DNA of 64,000 nt, taken from assembly GCA_964642985.1 (NCBI GenBank), contig CAZXSD010000002.1, forward strand, positions 3,117 through 67,116, given 5' to 3'. The notes below the pieces were generated by a model. The model was not told the origin of the DNA. It did not search any database and saw only the letters and a list, made by a program, of their open reading frames with translations. The stretch is from an uncultured Sulfurimonas sp. GTDB taxonomy: Bacteria; Campylobacterota; Campylobacteria; Campylobacterales; Sulfurimonadaceae. Made by a program: the position numbers and the translations under genes. Positions 1-10,854 of the stretch are shown here, one piece after another. Positions within the stretch are counted from its first letter, which is position 1. Each line of letters begins with the position of its first letter.

Positions 1-2472
1 ATTTGCCAAAGTTGTTATCTCTTTCATAGTAGCGAGTTGATGGAGGTGCGTTGCAAAAAGAGATAAACAGCGTATTTTGGATAACTTCATAATAGAACTA
101 GCAACTATTGCCACACCTGAAAGTGTTTCTGTTCCATGACTTATCTCATCTCCTAAAACTAAAGAACGAGTAGTAGCTCGGTTAAAGATATTTTTCATCT
201 CTAGCATCTCTACTGCAAAGGTTGAAAGTCCTTTTGCCAAATTATCTTTTGAGACTATTCTTGTAAAAAGTGAATCATATATAGAAAACCTCATCACAGA
301 AGCACTTACAAAAAATCCACTTTGAGCCATTATAACAGCGATACCTATACTTTTCATCAAAGAGGATTTACCACTTGAGTTTATTCCATAGAGTAAAACA
401 CTATTTATATCTTGACCATTATGAACAGAACTATCTAACATTACCGTCTCTATATTTAATTTATCACTATATTTTCTAGCTCCCATTATAATATCATTTG
501 GAATATATATACCACCACCTAACTCTTGATTTTCTATAAGTGGATGACGTAAACTTAGTATCTGCATAAAGTTTTCATCACTCTCAACATCAACTACAAT
601 AGGACGAGAATATTTATAACTTTGTGCTACTTTTGAAGAACTTACACCCACATCTAAATCAGCTACATAACTTATAACTCTATCAAAAAGAAGAGAGTAT
701 CGCCTTTCATAGACCTCTTGTAGATTTATATATCTTTCTTTTACAAAGTTTATAATTTTACGACGATTTTTCATTATTTTATCGGAGAGTTTATCTGTAA
801 ATTCTGAGGTTATTTTGACACTATTTGTTAGTTTTTTTACACGAAACTTACTAAACTCTTCATCTTGTTTAAAAATGCTCTCTATCATAGAAAATCTATT
901 TTTACTCAAAGCTATATAATAACCCTCCTTTTCTAAAAGCCCAAGAGTAACTAAACGATTTGTACTTCCTGCATTTACACTCTCTATCATCTCTTCAAGT
1001 TTTGTCATAATCTTTTTAAAAACAAGTAACATATCAAGGTTTTCATCGACTAAACTATCTATCGCTTCATCAACACCTTTCATTAAAAAGTTTTCATCTA
1101 CAGAACTACTTGTAAAACGGCGAGATATATCAAGGTCTATACTTTTTGAAATATCTCTTAAAAACTCATCTAACTCATTTTCATAAAAAGGTATATCTTG
1201 AATAGTATGCTCTTTTACATAGAGAAGTAACTCTTTTACACTTAGAATAGAATCATATATATTATTCATCTCAAAAGGGTGTAAACGTCCTAATGCTAAA
1301 CGACGCGAAAGTCTTTGTAAATCATAAATCCCTCGCATAGTTTCATCTAAATAGCGAATATGAGGAGATACTTTTTCTATCAAGTCATAGCGTCTCTCTA
1401 ACTCATCTTTTTCTAAAATAGGATTTAACAAACGCTCCTTTAAAAGCCTTCGTCCGATAGCAGTTGCACTTTTATCTAGCATCTTTAAAAGTGTAAACTC
1501 TTTTTTATCTTTTGAGATAATCCCTAACTGTTCTAATGCACTATTTCCAAGATATATAAAACGTCTATTATCTATAAGCATTGGCATAGAGAGTTTTTGG
1601 ACTATGTGAATATCGTGTTCTATCACAAAGTGTATTAAAATAGCTAAAGATTCACTTATCATAGGAGAACGCTCCAAATCTAAATGCTCAATAGGCGATA
1701 AAAAAGATTCTATCTGATAAACTCTAGCAAAAAGTTCATTTTGAAAATTTACTTTTGGTCGTTCGTTATTTACACTATAATGATAATGTTCCGAAATTTC
1801 AAGATAGCTTATAATATGGCGTTGGTCATCTATCCCATCTAAAAAAGTTATCACTATTTCACTTGTTCGATAAACATTTAAAAGATTGAAAATTTCATCA
1901 AGTCCATACGATATATCTTCACTACTTCCATGTGTTTCATACAAAAAAGTTTTTCCTGTTGTTACATCTATCGCCGAATAACCAACATTATAAATTCCCT
2001 TATATTTATCCACCAAAATAGAAACAATATAGTTATCATCATTATCAATAATATGGTCAAAATTTGTACCAGGAGAGATTATCTGAGAAACATAACGTGT
2101 AAGCTTTGGAGGAAGCCCTTTTTGTTTAACTACGATAATAGTATATTTTTGTTCAGATATTAAACGATTAAGATAACGTTCAAATGATACAGTGGGAACA
2201 CCTGCTAAAAGAGGATTTCTATCTGAATTTTCAATTATAGTTTTATTTTTTTTAGTAAGTTGAATATTTAAAAGTTCTGCTATCTCTTTTGCTTTACCAA
2301 CTTGTTCTTTATCATTATTTATCTCATACACTTCAAAAAAGCTTCCTATCTCAATAAAAACAACACTATCTTTACCATATTTCTCCTCAAAAAATCTTTG
2401 AAGTTCAAAATAGGATTGAGTGAGGAGTTTATCTTTATTATTTAGGATTTTACTTGTATCAGTTGCGTGCAT
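1..2472 (-). CDS. mutS: MutS-family mismatch-binding ATPase (MutS7-like), 3' end runs off the window
   Basis: Not in the ORF track. Segments translated by hand: ATG at 2472 gives [25 protein letters not shown]...[11 protein letters not shown] (domain I GxF[FY]E); Walker [13 protein letters not shown] near 360-400; [10 protein letters not shown] and FATHLH near 40-160. Confidence 0.9.
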   Translation of the reverse strand, partial: MHATDTSKILNNKDKLLTQSYFELQRFFEEKYGKDSVVFIEIGSFFEVYEINNDKEQVGKAKEIAELLNIQLTKKNKTIIENSDRNPLLAGVPTVSFERYLNRLISEQKYTIIVVKQKGLPPKLTRYVSQIISPGTNFDHIIDNDDNYIVSILVDKYKGIYNVGYSAIDVTTGKTFLYETHGSSEDISYGLDEIFNLLNVYRTSEIVITFLDGIDDQRHIISYLEISEHYHYSVNNERPKVNFQNELFARVYQIESFLSPIEHLDLERSPMISESLAILIHFVIEHDIHIVQKLSMPMLIDNRRFIYLGNSALEQLGIISKDKKEFTLLKMLDKSATAIGRRLLKERLLNPILEKDELERRYDLIEKVSPHIRYLDETMRGIYDLQRLSRRLALGRLHPFEMNNIYDSILSVKELLLYVKEHTIQDIPFYENELDEFLRDISKSIDLDISRRFTSSSVDENFLMKGVDEAIDSLVDENLDMLLVFKKIMTKLEEMIESVNAGSTNRLVTLGLLEKEGYYIALSKNRFSMIESIFKQDEEFSKFRVKKLTNSVKITSEFTDKLSDKIMKNRRKIINFVKERYINLQEVYERRYSLLFDRVISYVADLDVGVSSSKVAQSYKYSRPIVVDVESDENFMQILSLRHPLIENQELGGGIYIPNDIIMGARKYSDKLNIETVMLDSSVHNGQDINSVLLYGINSSGKSSLMKSIGIAVIMAQSGFFVSASVMRFSIYDSLFTRIVSKDNLAKGLSTFAVEMLEMKNIFNRATTRSLVLGDEISHGTETLSGVAIVASSIMKLSKIRCLSLFATHLHQLATMKEITTLAN

Positions 2473-2507
2473 TTTTTACTTTTTTAAATGGATTTTTTAT
2501 TTTTAAA

Positions 2508-3644
2508 TTATATCATAACCTCATACACTTTTAGAGCTTGATAATGTTCTTTAACATCATGAACTCTAATTATTGAAGCACCATTTCTAATTGCTTCAAG
2601 ATGGATAGCTAAAGTTCCAGCTAATCTCTCTTGAGCTATTGATGGTGTTATCTGATCTATCATAGATTTTCTTGATGCACCTACTAATATCTTTTTCTTC
2701 AATAATAAAAAGTGTTCTAAATTTTTAATTAAATCAATATTATGTTCAAGAGTTTTTCCAAAACCTATACCAACATCCACTATAATATCTTTCACACCAA
2801 AAGATTCTGCTTTTTGTATAGAGTTTTCTAAAAAAGTATATACCTCTTCTGTTAAATCTATATAACTTGGAGAGATTTGCATCGTTTGAGGAGTACCTTT
2901 CATATGCATAATTACAGCTGTTGCATCATACTCAGCACATAATTTTATAACTCTTTCATCTCTTAAACCTGTAATATCATTGACTATATTAAAACCTCTT
3001 TCAAGTGCATAGGAAATAACTATTGGTTCATAACTATCTATACTAAATTTTGCATTTTCATAGAGTCTATTTTGAGATATAGCATCTAAAATTGGTTTTA
3101 CACGAGATAACTCTTCCTCTGTATCAACTTTAGAAGCATTGGGACGAGAGGAAACTCCACCAATATCTATAATATCAGCACCCTCCTCTATCATACTCTC
3201 TATTTTACGAACAGCCTCTAAACCTTTAAATCTACTTCCATCAAAAAAACTATCATCATTTGCATTTAAAATACCCATTATCTCTATCTTTTTAGGTTTT
3301 TTTAACTCTAAAATCTCTTTAAATTTAATAGCTAAAGTAGATAAACCAAAGGGTTGAGATAACTCTTTTTTACTTAAAGCCTCTAACTGTCTTGATGTAG
3401 CGATAAGAATACAGTTTACACTTTGTATAGCCGCTATAATAGTACCACGAGGAACAGCTAAATCAGCTCCTATAGAAAGAGCATCTTGTTTTAAAATATT
3501 TGCTCCACCAACATGCAAATCAGATATATAGATAATATGATGTTTCATTTTAGATGCTAAAATATTAACTCCACCACCATCAACACCTAACTCTCTTAAA
3601 AGTTTTTTACTATTAGTATCATTTGATAATTTTTTTACTTTCAA
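2508..3644 (-). CDS. folP: Dihydropteroate synthase with N-terminal extension
   Basis: MGILNANDDSFFDG, DIGGVSSRP, DVGIGFGK, GASRKS and IIRVHDV motifs; ~115-aa N-terminal extension. Confidence 0.95.
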   Translation of the reverse strand: MKVKKLSNDTNSKKLLRELGVDGGGVNILASKMKHHIIYISDLHVGGANILKQDALSIGADLAVPRGTIIAAIQSVNCILIATSRQLEALSKKELSQPFGLSTLAIKFKEILELKKPKKIEIMGILNANDDSFFDGSRFKGLEAVRKIESMIEEGADIIDIGGVSSRPNASKVDTEEELSRVKPILDAISQNRLYENAKFSIDSYEPIVISYALERGFNIVNDITGLRDERVIKLCAEYDATAVIMHMKGTPQTMQISPSYIDLTEEVYTFLENSIQKAESFGVKDIIVDVGIGFGKTLEHNIDLIKNLEHFLLLKKKILVGASRKSMIDQITPSIAQERLAGTLAIHLEAIRNGASIIRVHDVKEHYQALKVYEVMI

Positions 3645-4262
3645 TTATCGTTCCCTTACAAAACTCATAATTATCATAGCCAATACACTTTGAGGTCGTG
3701 AATTTAACTCTAAAAGTTTATAAGCTTTTTCAAAATTTTCTAACTGATTTATAGATAAAATCAACTTATCTGTAATAGTAGCTCGTCGATAAAGAGCTTC
3801 TACTAAGAGTTTTGCTTCACTTTTTTTAACTCTTGAATGTTCTTTTAAAAATGAAAATACCTCTTTATAGTCAATTCGTTGAAGATTTATAGTTACTTCT
3901 AAAGAACTAACTATATTTTTTCCCTTCCTAAGAGGTAATCGTGAACGGATGGTTGGAAGGAGTATAGATTTCGTTGGGGAGATAAGTATAAACTCTATAT
4001 TATGGGGAGGCTCTTCTAATACTTTTAAAAGAGAGTTTTGAGAAACTATATTAAAATTATTTGCAGCTAAAACTATATATTTTTTTTGATTTTCACTTAT
4101 ATATGCTTCAGCCATTACAGCTTTTGCATCATCTAGTTTAAAATCATCTCGGATAAAACTAACCACTCTAAAAGGAGCTAGTTCCTCTTTAAGTCTTTGA
4201 ATTTCAGACTCTATCTCTGTTGAAATTAAAATATGTGATTTAACTAAATCACTGCCTAACAT
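3645..4262 (-). CDS. holB: DNA polymerase III subunit delta' (short Campylobacterota type)
   Basis: SQNSLLKVLEEPP and LLPTIRSR motifs; ATG at 4262 preferred over the ORF-track start at 4286. Confidence 0.85.
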   Translation of the reverse strand: MLGSDLVKSHILISTEIESEIQRLKEELAPFRVVSFIRDDFKLDDAKAVMAEAYISENQKKYIVLAANNFNIVSQNSLLKVLEEPPHNIEFILISPTKSILLPTIRSRLPLRKGKNIVSSLEVTINLQRIDYKEVFSFLKEHSRVKKSEAKLLVEALYRRATITDKLILSINQLENFEKAYKLLELNSRPQSVLAMIIMSFVRER

Positions 4263-4815
4263 CAACCTCTCCAAACATAGCAGCATTTAATGATAGATTA
4301 AACAGTCTACATAGTTGTAAAAGTTTAATATCTAAAATTTTATCATAGGATTTAAGAGTAAAAGAGTTTTGAAACTCTTCATCAAAAATCCAAAAATAAC
4401 TACTATCACGACGTTTTGCAATATCCGAACGCTTATCATCACCTTTTCCAATATACCAGAAAAGATAATCATCTTTATAGGAAAGTGAGATCATATCATC
4501 TACAATATCTATCATCTCTCCACCACTGACACGATTGTAATGTGAATAGATACTATCTATGCTTACTATGGGTAAAAGGGGTCTATCTATAATACTTATA
4601 TTATTAATCGAACTTAAAATATACTCTTCCAACCACTTTCGACTTTCATCTACTATTAAAAGAATAGTTTTTCCATTTAAAATCTGTTCAATAGCATGTG
4701 CAGTTGTCGTTGTCCAGTCAAAGCGTTGCTCCTCTAACCAACTAAAACTACTTCCCTCCTCTCTAATAGCATCTAAGCTCCACTGTGCGAAATCTGATCT
4801 ATTAGTTTCAGACAT
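4249..4815 (-). CDS. hobA: HobA DnaA-binding replication regulator
   Basis: W..IRE....SWLEE.R..W N-terminus, RPLLP, FWYIG, LLQL..LF; lysC-hobA-holB-folP order typical of Campylobacterota. Confidence 0.85.
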   Translation of the reverse strand: MSETNRSDFAQWSLDAIREEGSSFSWLEEQRFDWTTTTAHAIEQILNGKTILLIVDESRKWLEEYILSSINNISIIDRPLLPIVSIDSIYSHYNRVSGGEMIDIVDDMISLSYKDDYLFWYIGKGDDKRSDIAKRRDSSYFWIFDEEFQNSFTLKSYDKILDIKLLQLCRLFNLSLNAAMFGEVDVRQ

Positions 4816-4816
4816 T

Positions 4817-6028
4817 TTACTTATCTAACTCATAAGCATCGTGAAGACCACGAACAGCTAACTCTGCATATTTTTCATCAACAACCATAGAAATTTTTAT
4901 CTCAGAAGTGGAAATCATATTGATATTAATATTATTATCCGCCATAGTTGAAAATGCACGTGCAGCAACACCAGTATGAGAACGCATACCAACACCTACA
5001 ACAGAAACTTTACATATATCTTCATTATAAGAATCAGCATTAATTTCGCCATTCTTAACAAAACTATCTACAATTTCTTTAGCATTAAGTAAGTCACTTA
5101 CAGGAACTGTAAAGTCAATATTTGTAGCACCATCATGTGCTTTGTTTTGAATAATCATATCAACATTTACTTCAGCAGTTGCAAGTTTATTAAAAATATC
5201 AGAAGCGATACCTGGTCTATCTTTTACACCCATTAATGAGATACGAGCTTGATTTCTATCTAATGCTATTCCGCTTACTAATGGTGCTTCCATAATATTT
5301 TCTTCCTTAGTTATTAATGTTCCCTCTTCATTTGAGAAACTTGTTCTTGTTACTAAATTTACATTTAATTTTTTTGCCATCTCAACTGAACGATTTTGTA
5401 AAACTTTTGCTCCAAGTGAAGCTAACTCTAACATCTCTTCATAAGAGATTTTATCAAGTTTTTTTGCTTTAGGCTCTATGCGTGGGTCAGTAGTATAGAT
5501 ACCACTTACATCTGTATATATCTCACACAGATCAGCTTTTAAAGCACCAGCAATAGCAACAGCACTTAAATCACTTCCACCACGACCTAATGTTGTAACA
5601 TCTCCAGCTTCATTAACACCTTGAAAACCAGCAACAACAACAATTTTACCCTCAGCAATAGCATCTTGCATATTTTTAGGGTCAATACTTTCTATACGTG
5701 CTTTAGTATGATGATTATCTGTCACTATTCCAGCTTTTTGACCTGTCATAGCAGTAGCATTATGCCCCATATCAGTAAGTGCAATTGCTAATAATGAAGC
5801 AGTAACTCTCTCTCCAGAACTTAAAAGCATATCCATTTCAGCACCATTAGGGTTTGCAGAAAAGCTCTCTGCATACCCTACAAGCTTATTTGTTTCTCCA
5901 CTCATCGCAGATACAACAACGACTATATCATTACCATCTTTTTTTGAAGCACTTACACGATTTGCAACATTTTTAATACGTTCTAAATCACCAACACTTG
6001 TTCCACCAAACTTTTGAACTATTAACAT
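4817..6028 (-). CDS. lysC: Aspartate kinase
   Basis: VQKFGGTSV, TTLGRGGSD, two ACT domains, ISTSEIKIS. Confidence 0.97.
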   Translation of the reverse strand: MLIVQKFGGTSVGDLERIKNVANRVSASKKDGNDIVVVVSAMSGETNKLVGYAESFSANPNGAEMDMLLSSGERVTASLLAIALTDMGHNATAMTGQKAGIVTDNHHTKARIESIDPKNMQDAIAEGKIVVVAGFQGVNEAGDVTTLGRGGSDLSAVAIAGALKADLCEIYTDVSGIYTTDPRIEPKAKKLDKISYEEMLELASLGAKVLQNRSVEMAKKLNVNLVTRTSFSNEEGTLITKEENIMEAPLVSGIALDRNQARISLMGVKDRPGIASDIFNKLATAEVNVDMIIQNKAHDGATNIDFTVPVSDLLNAKEIVDSFVKNGEINADSYNEDICKVSVVGVGMRSHTGVAARAFSTMADNNININMISTSEIKISMVVDEKYAELAVRGLHDAYELDK

Positions 6029-6499
6029 CTATAGTAGTCCCTCTTCTTTAAAATAATTTATCACTTTTTCATATACAGGTTTTTTAAAATGTGCTGTAAA
6101 ATTTAAAATATCGGCAACATCTACAAACTTATAGTCCATAAATTCGGGATGCTCAGTTGCTAAATTAATAACAGCATCCTTACTAAGCTTTAATAAAAAA
6201 TATCTTTGAGTCTGTCCGATATAAGGCTTCATTTTTAAAGCAATTTTTTCAGGAAAATCATAAGAGATCCATTCTGGATATTCAGCAACGACAGTTGCTT
6301 CTTTTGTTCCAATTTCCTCTTCAAGTTCACGAAATAATGCTTCTTTAACCTCTTCTCCTTGATCTATTCCACCTTGAGGAAACTGCCAAATATTAAGTAA
6401 ATCATTTCTTTGTGCGATAAATATCTCTTTTTTTTGAGGATAATTTTCAGACACAATTATCATTGCCACATTAGGACGATATAACTTTTTTTTGTTCAT
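6029..6499 (-). CDS. rppH: RNA pyrophosphohydrolase (Nudix)
   Basis: YRPNV, WQFPQGGIDQGE..EALFRELEEEIG Nudix box, GQTQRYF. Start moved to the ATG at 6499 because a TATAAT (6517-6512) and GGGA lie just upstream. Confidence 0.93.
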   Translation of the reverse strand: MNKKKLYRPNVAMIIVSENYPQKKEIFIAQRNDLLNIWQFPQGGIDQGEEVKEALFRELEEEIGTKEATVVAEYPEWISYDFPEKIALKMKPYIGQTQRYFLLKLSKDAVINLATEHPEFMDYKFVDVADILNFTAHFKKPVYEKVINYFKEEGLL

Positions 6500-6547
6500 T
6501 TTTATCCCTATATTATAATTATCAATATTATACAAAATTAGCTATTT

Positions 6548-8092
6548 TTATAAACTTAAACTAATATATGCAGCAAAATTATTAGACTCTAATAAATTCA
6601 TCTCTTTTGAATACTTAAATCCAAATGCTATCTGCTGTGAAAATACGATATCTAAACCGACAACACCTTTTGCAATAACGTAGTCATGAATAAAAGCTGT
6701 TGAACCTTCATCTTCTGGATCAAACTCTCTATTTGCTTTTTTCTTTTCACTATCATACATATTCAAAGTTCCTAAACCAAGTTCAAAACCAGCATAAGGT
6801 ACCAAAGCAAATGTATTAAAAAGTGTTAATGAAGTATCATTTACACCAAAAGTAGTTAATTGAAATGCTGCTAAATATGTTATATCAAAACCATAACTTT
6901 GAGGTTCTAAATATTCACCATCTACTGTTGAGTATGCTATATTTACACCATGTCTTAACCAATTTTTATAGTTTATTACAGATATTTTAATAGTATCTAA
7001 AGAGTCCTCATAATTTTCAGATTTATCTGTATCAGGAATTGATCTGTATCCATATCCTATCTCTATTCTTCTACCATTATTTAAGTATTTTGCTAAGTTA
7101 CTAAGATGTTCTATCTCTTTATAAGATCTAAAAGTATATGATTTATCATACTCTAAACCAGCCTTTAATGTCACTTCATTTCCATTAGATTTTGGTAAAC
7201 CATGAGCATATACTAAACTATAACTTAATGTTCCACTACATCTATTTACTATAATTTCACTTCCAAGTTTTGCACTATTACCATCAAAGAAAAACTGAAT
7301 ATCTTTAGGCTTATTAGCAGAGATAGTAAATTTAGGATAAGCCTGATTATTTACATTAACTGAAAGTTCTAAATCTTTCTCTTTATCGAGTATAAAAGTA
7401 TCTGTATATTTACAAATATTTTCACCATCAACTGAATATGTATGAGTTTTTCCAGCTTCTAAATAGATTTTTTTTGCAAAAGATTCTCTTTTATTATCAA
7501 CAGTAAGCTTAAAGTTACCCTTCATTGAACCAGTTTTAGTGATAATTACATTTTGTAAAAAAAGTTTTTTTCTAATGTTTTGCAAATCTTTTACTTTATC
7601 ATTAATTTTTTCAACTTTCAGATCACTAAATACTTCTGTTAAACCCTTTAAAAATTTTAACGATATTAGCCAATTATCAAGTGTTTTTGCTTTTATTTTT
7701 ACATCATCTATATTTAACGAAGCAATTTTATAATCTATATTAAGATTTTTATATTTAGCTTTTGCAAATGTATGAAGTTTTTCCTTATTTACCTTTGCAC
7801 AATACTCATTATTTTCATTTTTATATGACTCAACATCATTTAAAAACATCGTACTTGTTTGCTCATTTGAACTTTTGAAATCAGATGAAACTGTTTCATC
7901 TCCATCAAATAAAGAACTTGTTTCTTTTGCTGAAAAACTTACATCCACTTTTACCATAATATTTTGAGCTAATGCACTTCTTGCTTCTGTTGGAGATACT
8001 CCACACCCTTCCCAATAATCAGTTGTATGAGTATTTGCCAGAACACTACTTGATATAAGTAATGCTATATAAAATGCTATATGTTTTAACAT
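6548..8092 (-). CDS. Hypothetical secreted/outer-membrane protein (LPP20-like N-terminus, beta-rich middle, possible C-terminal beta-barrel)
   Basis: 514-aa ORF with signal peptide (MLKHIAFYIALLISSSVLA); amphipathic beta-strand pattern at the C-terminus (YISLSL). Confidence 0.6.
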   Translation of the reverse strand: MLKHIAFYIALLISSSVLANTHTTDYWEGCGVSPTEARSALAQNIMVKVDVSFSAKETSSLFDGDETVSSDFKSSNEQTSTMFLNDVESYKNENNEYCAKVNKEKLHTFAKAKYKNLNIDYKIASLNIDDVKIKAKTLDNWLISLKFLKGLTEVFSDLKVEKINDKVKDLQNIRKKLFLQNVIITKTGSMKGNFKLTVDNKRESFAKKIYLEAGKTHTYSVDGENICKYTDTFILDKEKDLELSVNVNNQAYPKFTISANKPKDIQFFFDGNSAKLGSEIIVNRCSGTLSYSLVYAHGLPKSNGNEVTLKAGLEYDKSYTFRSYKEIEHLSNLAKYLNNGRRIEIGYGYRSIPDTDKSENYEDSLDTIKISVINYKNWLRHGVNIAYSTVDGEYLEPQSYGFDITYLAAFQLTTFGVNDTSLTLFNTFALVPYAGFELGLGTLNMYDSEKKKANREFDPEDEGSTAFIHDYVIAKGVVGLDIVFSQQIAFGFKYSKEMNLLESNNFAAYISLSL

Positions 8093-8178
8093 TTTTATCC
8101 TTTTATAAATTATTTTTTTTAGTTTTGGATTGTAGTGTTTAAATTGTTAATACCTAATTAATTGAATTTATAATTAAA

Positions 8179-8187
8179 TGCTATAAT
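8179..8187 (+). promoter_or_regulatory. Extended -10 sigma70 promoter for lpxL
   Basis: TGCTATAAT, followed by RBS AAAGGA (8203-8208) and TTG start at 8218. Confidence 0.65.
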
Positions 8188-8217
8188 TATTGTAAAAATT
8201 ACAAAGGAACTACTACT

Positions 8218-9105
8218 TTGATTGGCTATAAACTCTTTTTATTATTTGAAAAATTTCTAATGATTCTTCCAAAAAAACTCAGAAAATCATTTTTTTTATT
8301 ACTTGCATATCTGGCTTACTATCTCTCTGCTAAATCTCGTAAAACAGTAAAGCAAAATCTTAATTTTGCCTTTAACAATACTCTTAGTGACAAAGAGATT
8401 AAAGATATTACAAAATATAGTTTAAAAAATTTAATGCTTAACTTTTTACATCTTATGGAGATAAGACACCTTAGTTTTGAAGAGCTTCAAAATAAAATTA
8501 CAATTCAAAATATTGAAGCTGTTGAAAAAGTTCATAAAGAGGGACGTAGTGTTATCTATGTAACAACACATTATTCATCTTGGGAACTTGGTGGAACTTC
8601 TATTGGTGCTTTTATAGAGCCATTAGGTGCTGTGTATAGAAAAATGAAAGATAAAAACTATGAAAATTGGGTTTTAGAATCACGTTCTAAATTTGGAAAT
8701 ACAAACCTAGAAAAAACAAATGTACTTAAACCTCTTATACGACTTATCAAAGATAAAAAAGCTTGTGGAATTTTAATAGATACAAGTATGAATAAACGTG
8801 AAGGTATAGATGTAGAGTTTATGGGTAAAACTATCAGTCAAACGGCTACACCAGCATATCTTGCTAGAAAGTTTAACTCTGCTATCATTCCCGTAACCAT
8901 AAGAACTGATGATGAAGAAAACTATACATTAATGATTTTTGATGAAATTCCAGTTGAAAAAACAGATGATGAAAAAGCAGATATATTAAAAGCAACACAA
9001 CTTCAAGCTGATTGGCTCAGTGAACTTATTACAAAAGAGCCAAAGTTTTGGTTTTGGCTCCATAGACGTTTTAAAGGAGAATATCCTGAAATTTATAAAT
9101 CATAA
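8218..9105 (+). CDS. lpxL: Lipid A secondary acyltransferase (LpxL/HtrB family)
   Basis: HYSSWE (HxxxxE) motif and C-terminal WFWLHRRFK. Confidence 0.88.
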   Translation: MIGYKLFLLFEKFLMILPKKLRKSFFLLLAYLAYYLSAKSRKTVKQNLNFAFNNTLSDKEIKDITKYSLKNLMLNFLHLMEIRHLSFEELQNKITIQNIEAVEKVHKEGRSVIYVTTHYSSWELGGTSIGAFIEPLGAVYRKMKDKNYENWVLESRSKFGNTNLEKTNVLKPLIRLIKDKKACGILIDTSMNKREGIDVEFMGKTISQTATPAYLARKFNSAIIPVTIRTDDEENYTLMIFDEIPVEKTDDEKADILKATQLQADWLSELITKEPKFWFWLHRRFKGEYPEIYKS

Positions 9106-10854
9106 ATTGAGTTGATGATTAAACTCAGGTACTATCTCTTTTAATTTAGCTATTTTATCTTCCACTATTAAAAGCTCTGAGATATCTTTATTTAAGGTTG
9201 TTAAATCATAATGAGTAGGTTTCGCAACTGTGATAGATTGATACTCTGTTTTTGTGTCACTAGCATCTATAAGTAACTCCTCATAAAGTTTTTCCCCTTT
9301 ACGAAGACCACTAAACTCTATTTTTATATTACTATTTACACTTAAATCTATCATCTTTTGGGCTAAATCTACTATTTTAATAGGCTCTCCCATATCTAAA
9401 ATGAAAATTTCACCACCATCTCCAATAGCTCCAGCTTGTAAAACTAATTCACAAGCTTCTGGAATAAGCATAAAATAGCGTGTAATATCCTTATGTGTTA
9501 CCGTGATATTTTGATTACTTTCTATCTGTGATTGAAACTTAGGGATTACACTTCCACTACTTCCAAGTACATTTCCAAATCGAACAGATACTATTTCAGT
9601 AGAGTCACTCTCTACATTTTGAGCATAAAGTTCACATATACGTTTTGTTGTTCCCATCACATTTGTTGGTCGAACTGCTTTATCTGTTGAGATTAAAATA
9701 AACTTTTCAGCACTATATTTAATGGATAAATCTATGATATTTTGAGTTCCTATAATATTATTTATAATCCCCTCTTCAATATTTTCTTCTACTAAAGGTA
9801 CGTGCTTATAAGCTGCAGCATGAATAACAATTTGAGGTCTATATTTTATAAAAGTTTTTTCTACTACCTCTTTATTGACAACACTTTGCATTACAGAGAT
9901 AGTTTCAACCTTTTTTATCTCTTCGGTAATAGAGTAGAGATTATATTCACTATTATCAAGAAGTATTAGTTTTTTAGCACTAAAAAATTCACATTGACGA
10001 GATATTTCACTTCCTATGCTTCCCCCTGCACCTGTTATTAAAATAGTTTTATCTTTTATAAAAGATTTTATTTTTTGTTTATCTAAATCTTTTGGATAAC
10101 GTGCTAGAAGGTCTTCTACGGAGAGATTTTTAAGAGTGGTTTCTTTATTACTTAATGTAACGAGTTTAATATCATAGATATTGAATTTATGTAATCTTTT
10201 ATAAATATCTTCTAAAACTTCTCTTTTTAACTCTTTTGTAATAATAACAGACTCAATAGCATCTTTTTTCACAATTTTTTCAATATCTTCAAATTTTTGT
10301 ATATTAATATTTGAGAAATAACTTCCTATCAAAGTTAGATTATCATCCACCATTGCAGAAATATAAAAACTATTTTTTTGTTTAAAAAGTGCTTGTGCGA
10401 AAGGTGTTGCTCCTATTAGAAGAGTTTTTTTTAAGTTTTTATTATTTTTACTTTCTAAGAATAATCTTTTAGCAATTCTAAAACTTCCAATAAATATTAA
10501 AGATAAAAAAAGGTCTATAATAAGGACACTTCGAGGAAATGGAATAAAATAGAATGGGAAAATAGAATATATAGCAATAAAAAGAGTATATGCGATAAGA
10601 TGAGCATAAAGAAGTTTTTTCACCTCAGCAAGTGAAAAAAATCTCCATGAGATATTATATATTTTAAAATTATAGAGTAACACAAGTTTAAAAAAAAATA
10701 AAAATAAAAATACTAGAAAAAAATTATTCAAAAATTCACTAGGTATCTGAAAATTAAACCGTAAATTATAAGCTAAAAAAAGTGTTCCTAAAAATATAAG
10801 AGTATCAAAAAAAAGAAAAAAAAACATTCTTTTTAAAGCCGTTGGTTTAAGCAC
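9100..10854 (-). CDS. pglF: Membrane-anchored UDP-GlcNAc 4,6-dehydratase
   Basis: N-terminal TM helices, TGAGGSIGSE, HAAAYKHVP, STDKAV, RFGNVLGS. In-frame GTG at 10854 overlapping the pglE stop is the likely start (ORF track 10884). Confidence 0.9.
   Translation of the reverse strand: MLKPTALKRMFFFLFFDTLIFLGTLFLAYNLRFNFQIPSEFLNNFFLVFLFLFFFKLVLLYNFKIYNISWRFFSLAEVKKLLYAHLIAYTLFIAIYSIFPFYFIPFPRSVLIIDLFLSLIFIGSFRIAKRLFLESKNNKNLKKTLLIGATPFAQALFKQKNSFYISAMVDDNLTLIGSYFSNINIQKFEDIEKIVKKDAIESVIITKELKREVLEDIYKRLHKFNIYDIKLVTLSNKETTLKNLSVEDLLARYPKDLDKQKIKSFIKDKTILITGAGGSIGSEISRQCEFFSAKKLILLDNSEYNLYSITEEIKKVETISVMQSVVNKEVVEKTFIKYRPQIVIHAAAYKHVPLVEENIEEGIINNIIGTQNIIDLSIKYSAEKFILISTDKAVRPTNVMGTTKRICELYAQNVESDSTEIVSVRFGNVLGSSGSVIPKFQSQIESNQNITVTHKDITRYFMLIPEACELVLQAGAIGDGGEIFILDMGEPIKIVDLAQKMIDLSVNSNIKIEFSGLRKGEKLYEELLIDASDTKTEYQSITVAKPTHYDLTTLNKDISELLIVEDKIAKLKEIVPEFNHQLNL

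Noticed and set aside
1930-2163. 77-aa + strand ORF
   Set aside because: Antisense shadow inside the mutS coding region.
10681-10830. A8-A9 tracts near the 5' end of pglF as phase-variation sites
   Set aside because: They encode Phe-rich TM helices in an AT-rich genome and the frame is intact; Campylobacterota contingency loci typically use long poly-G/C tracts, and I saw none.
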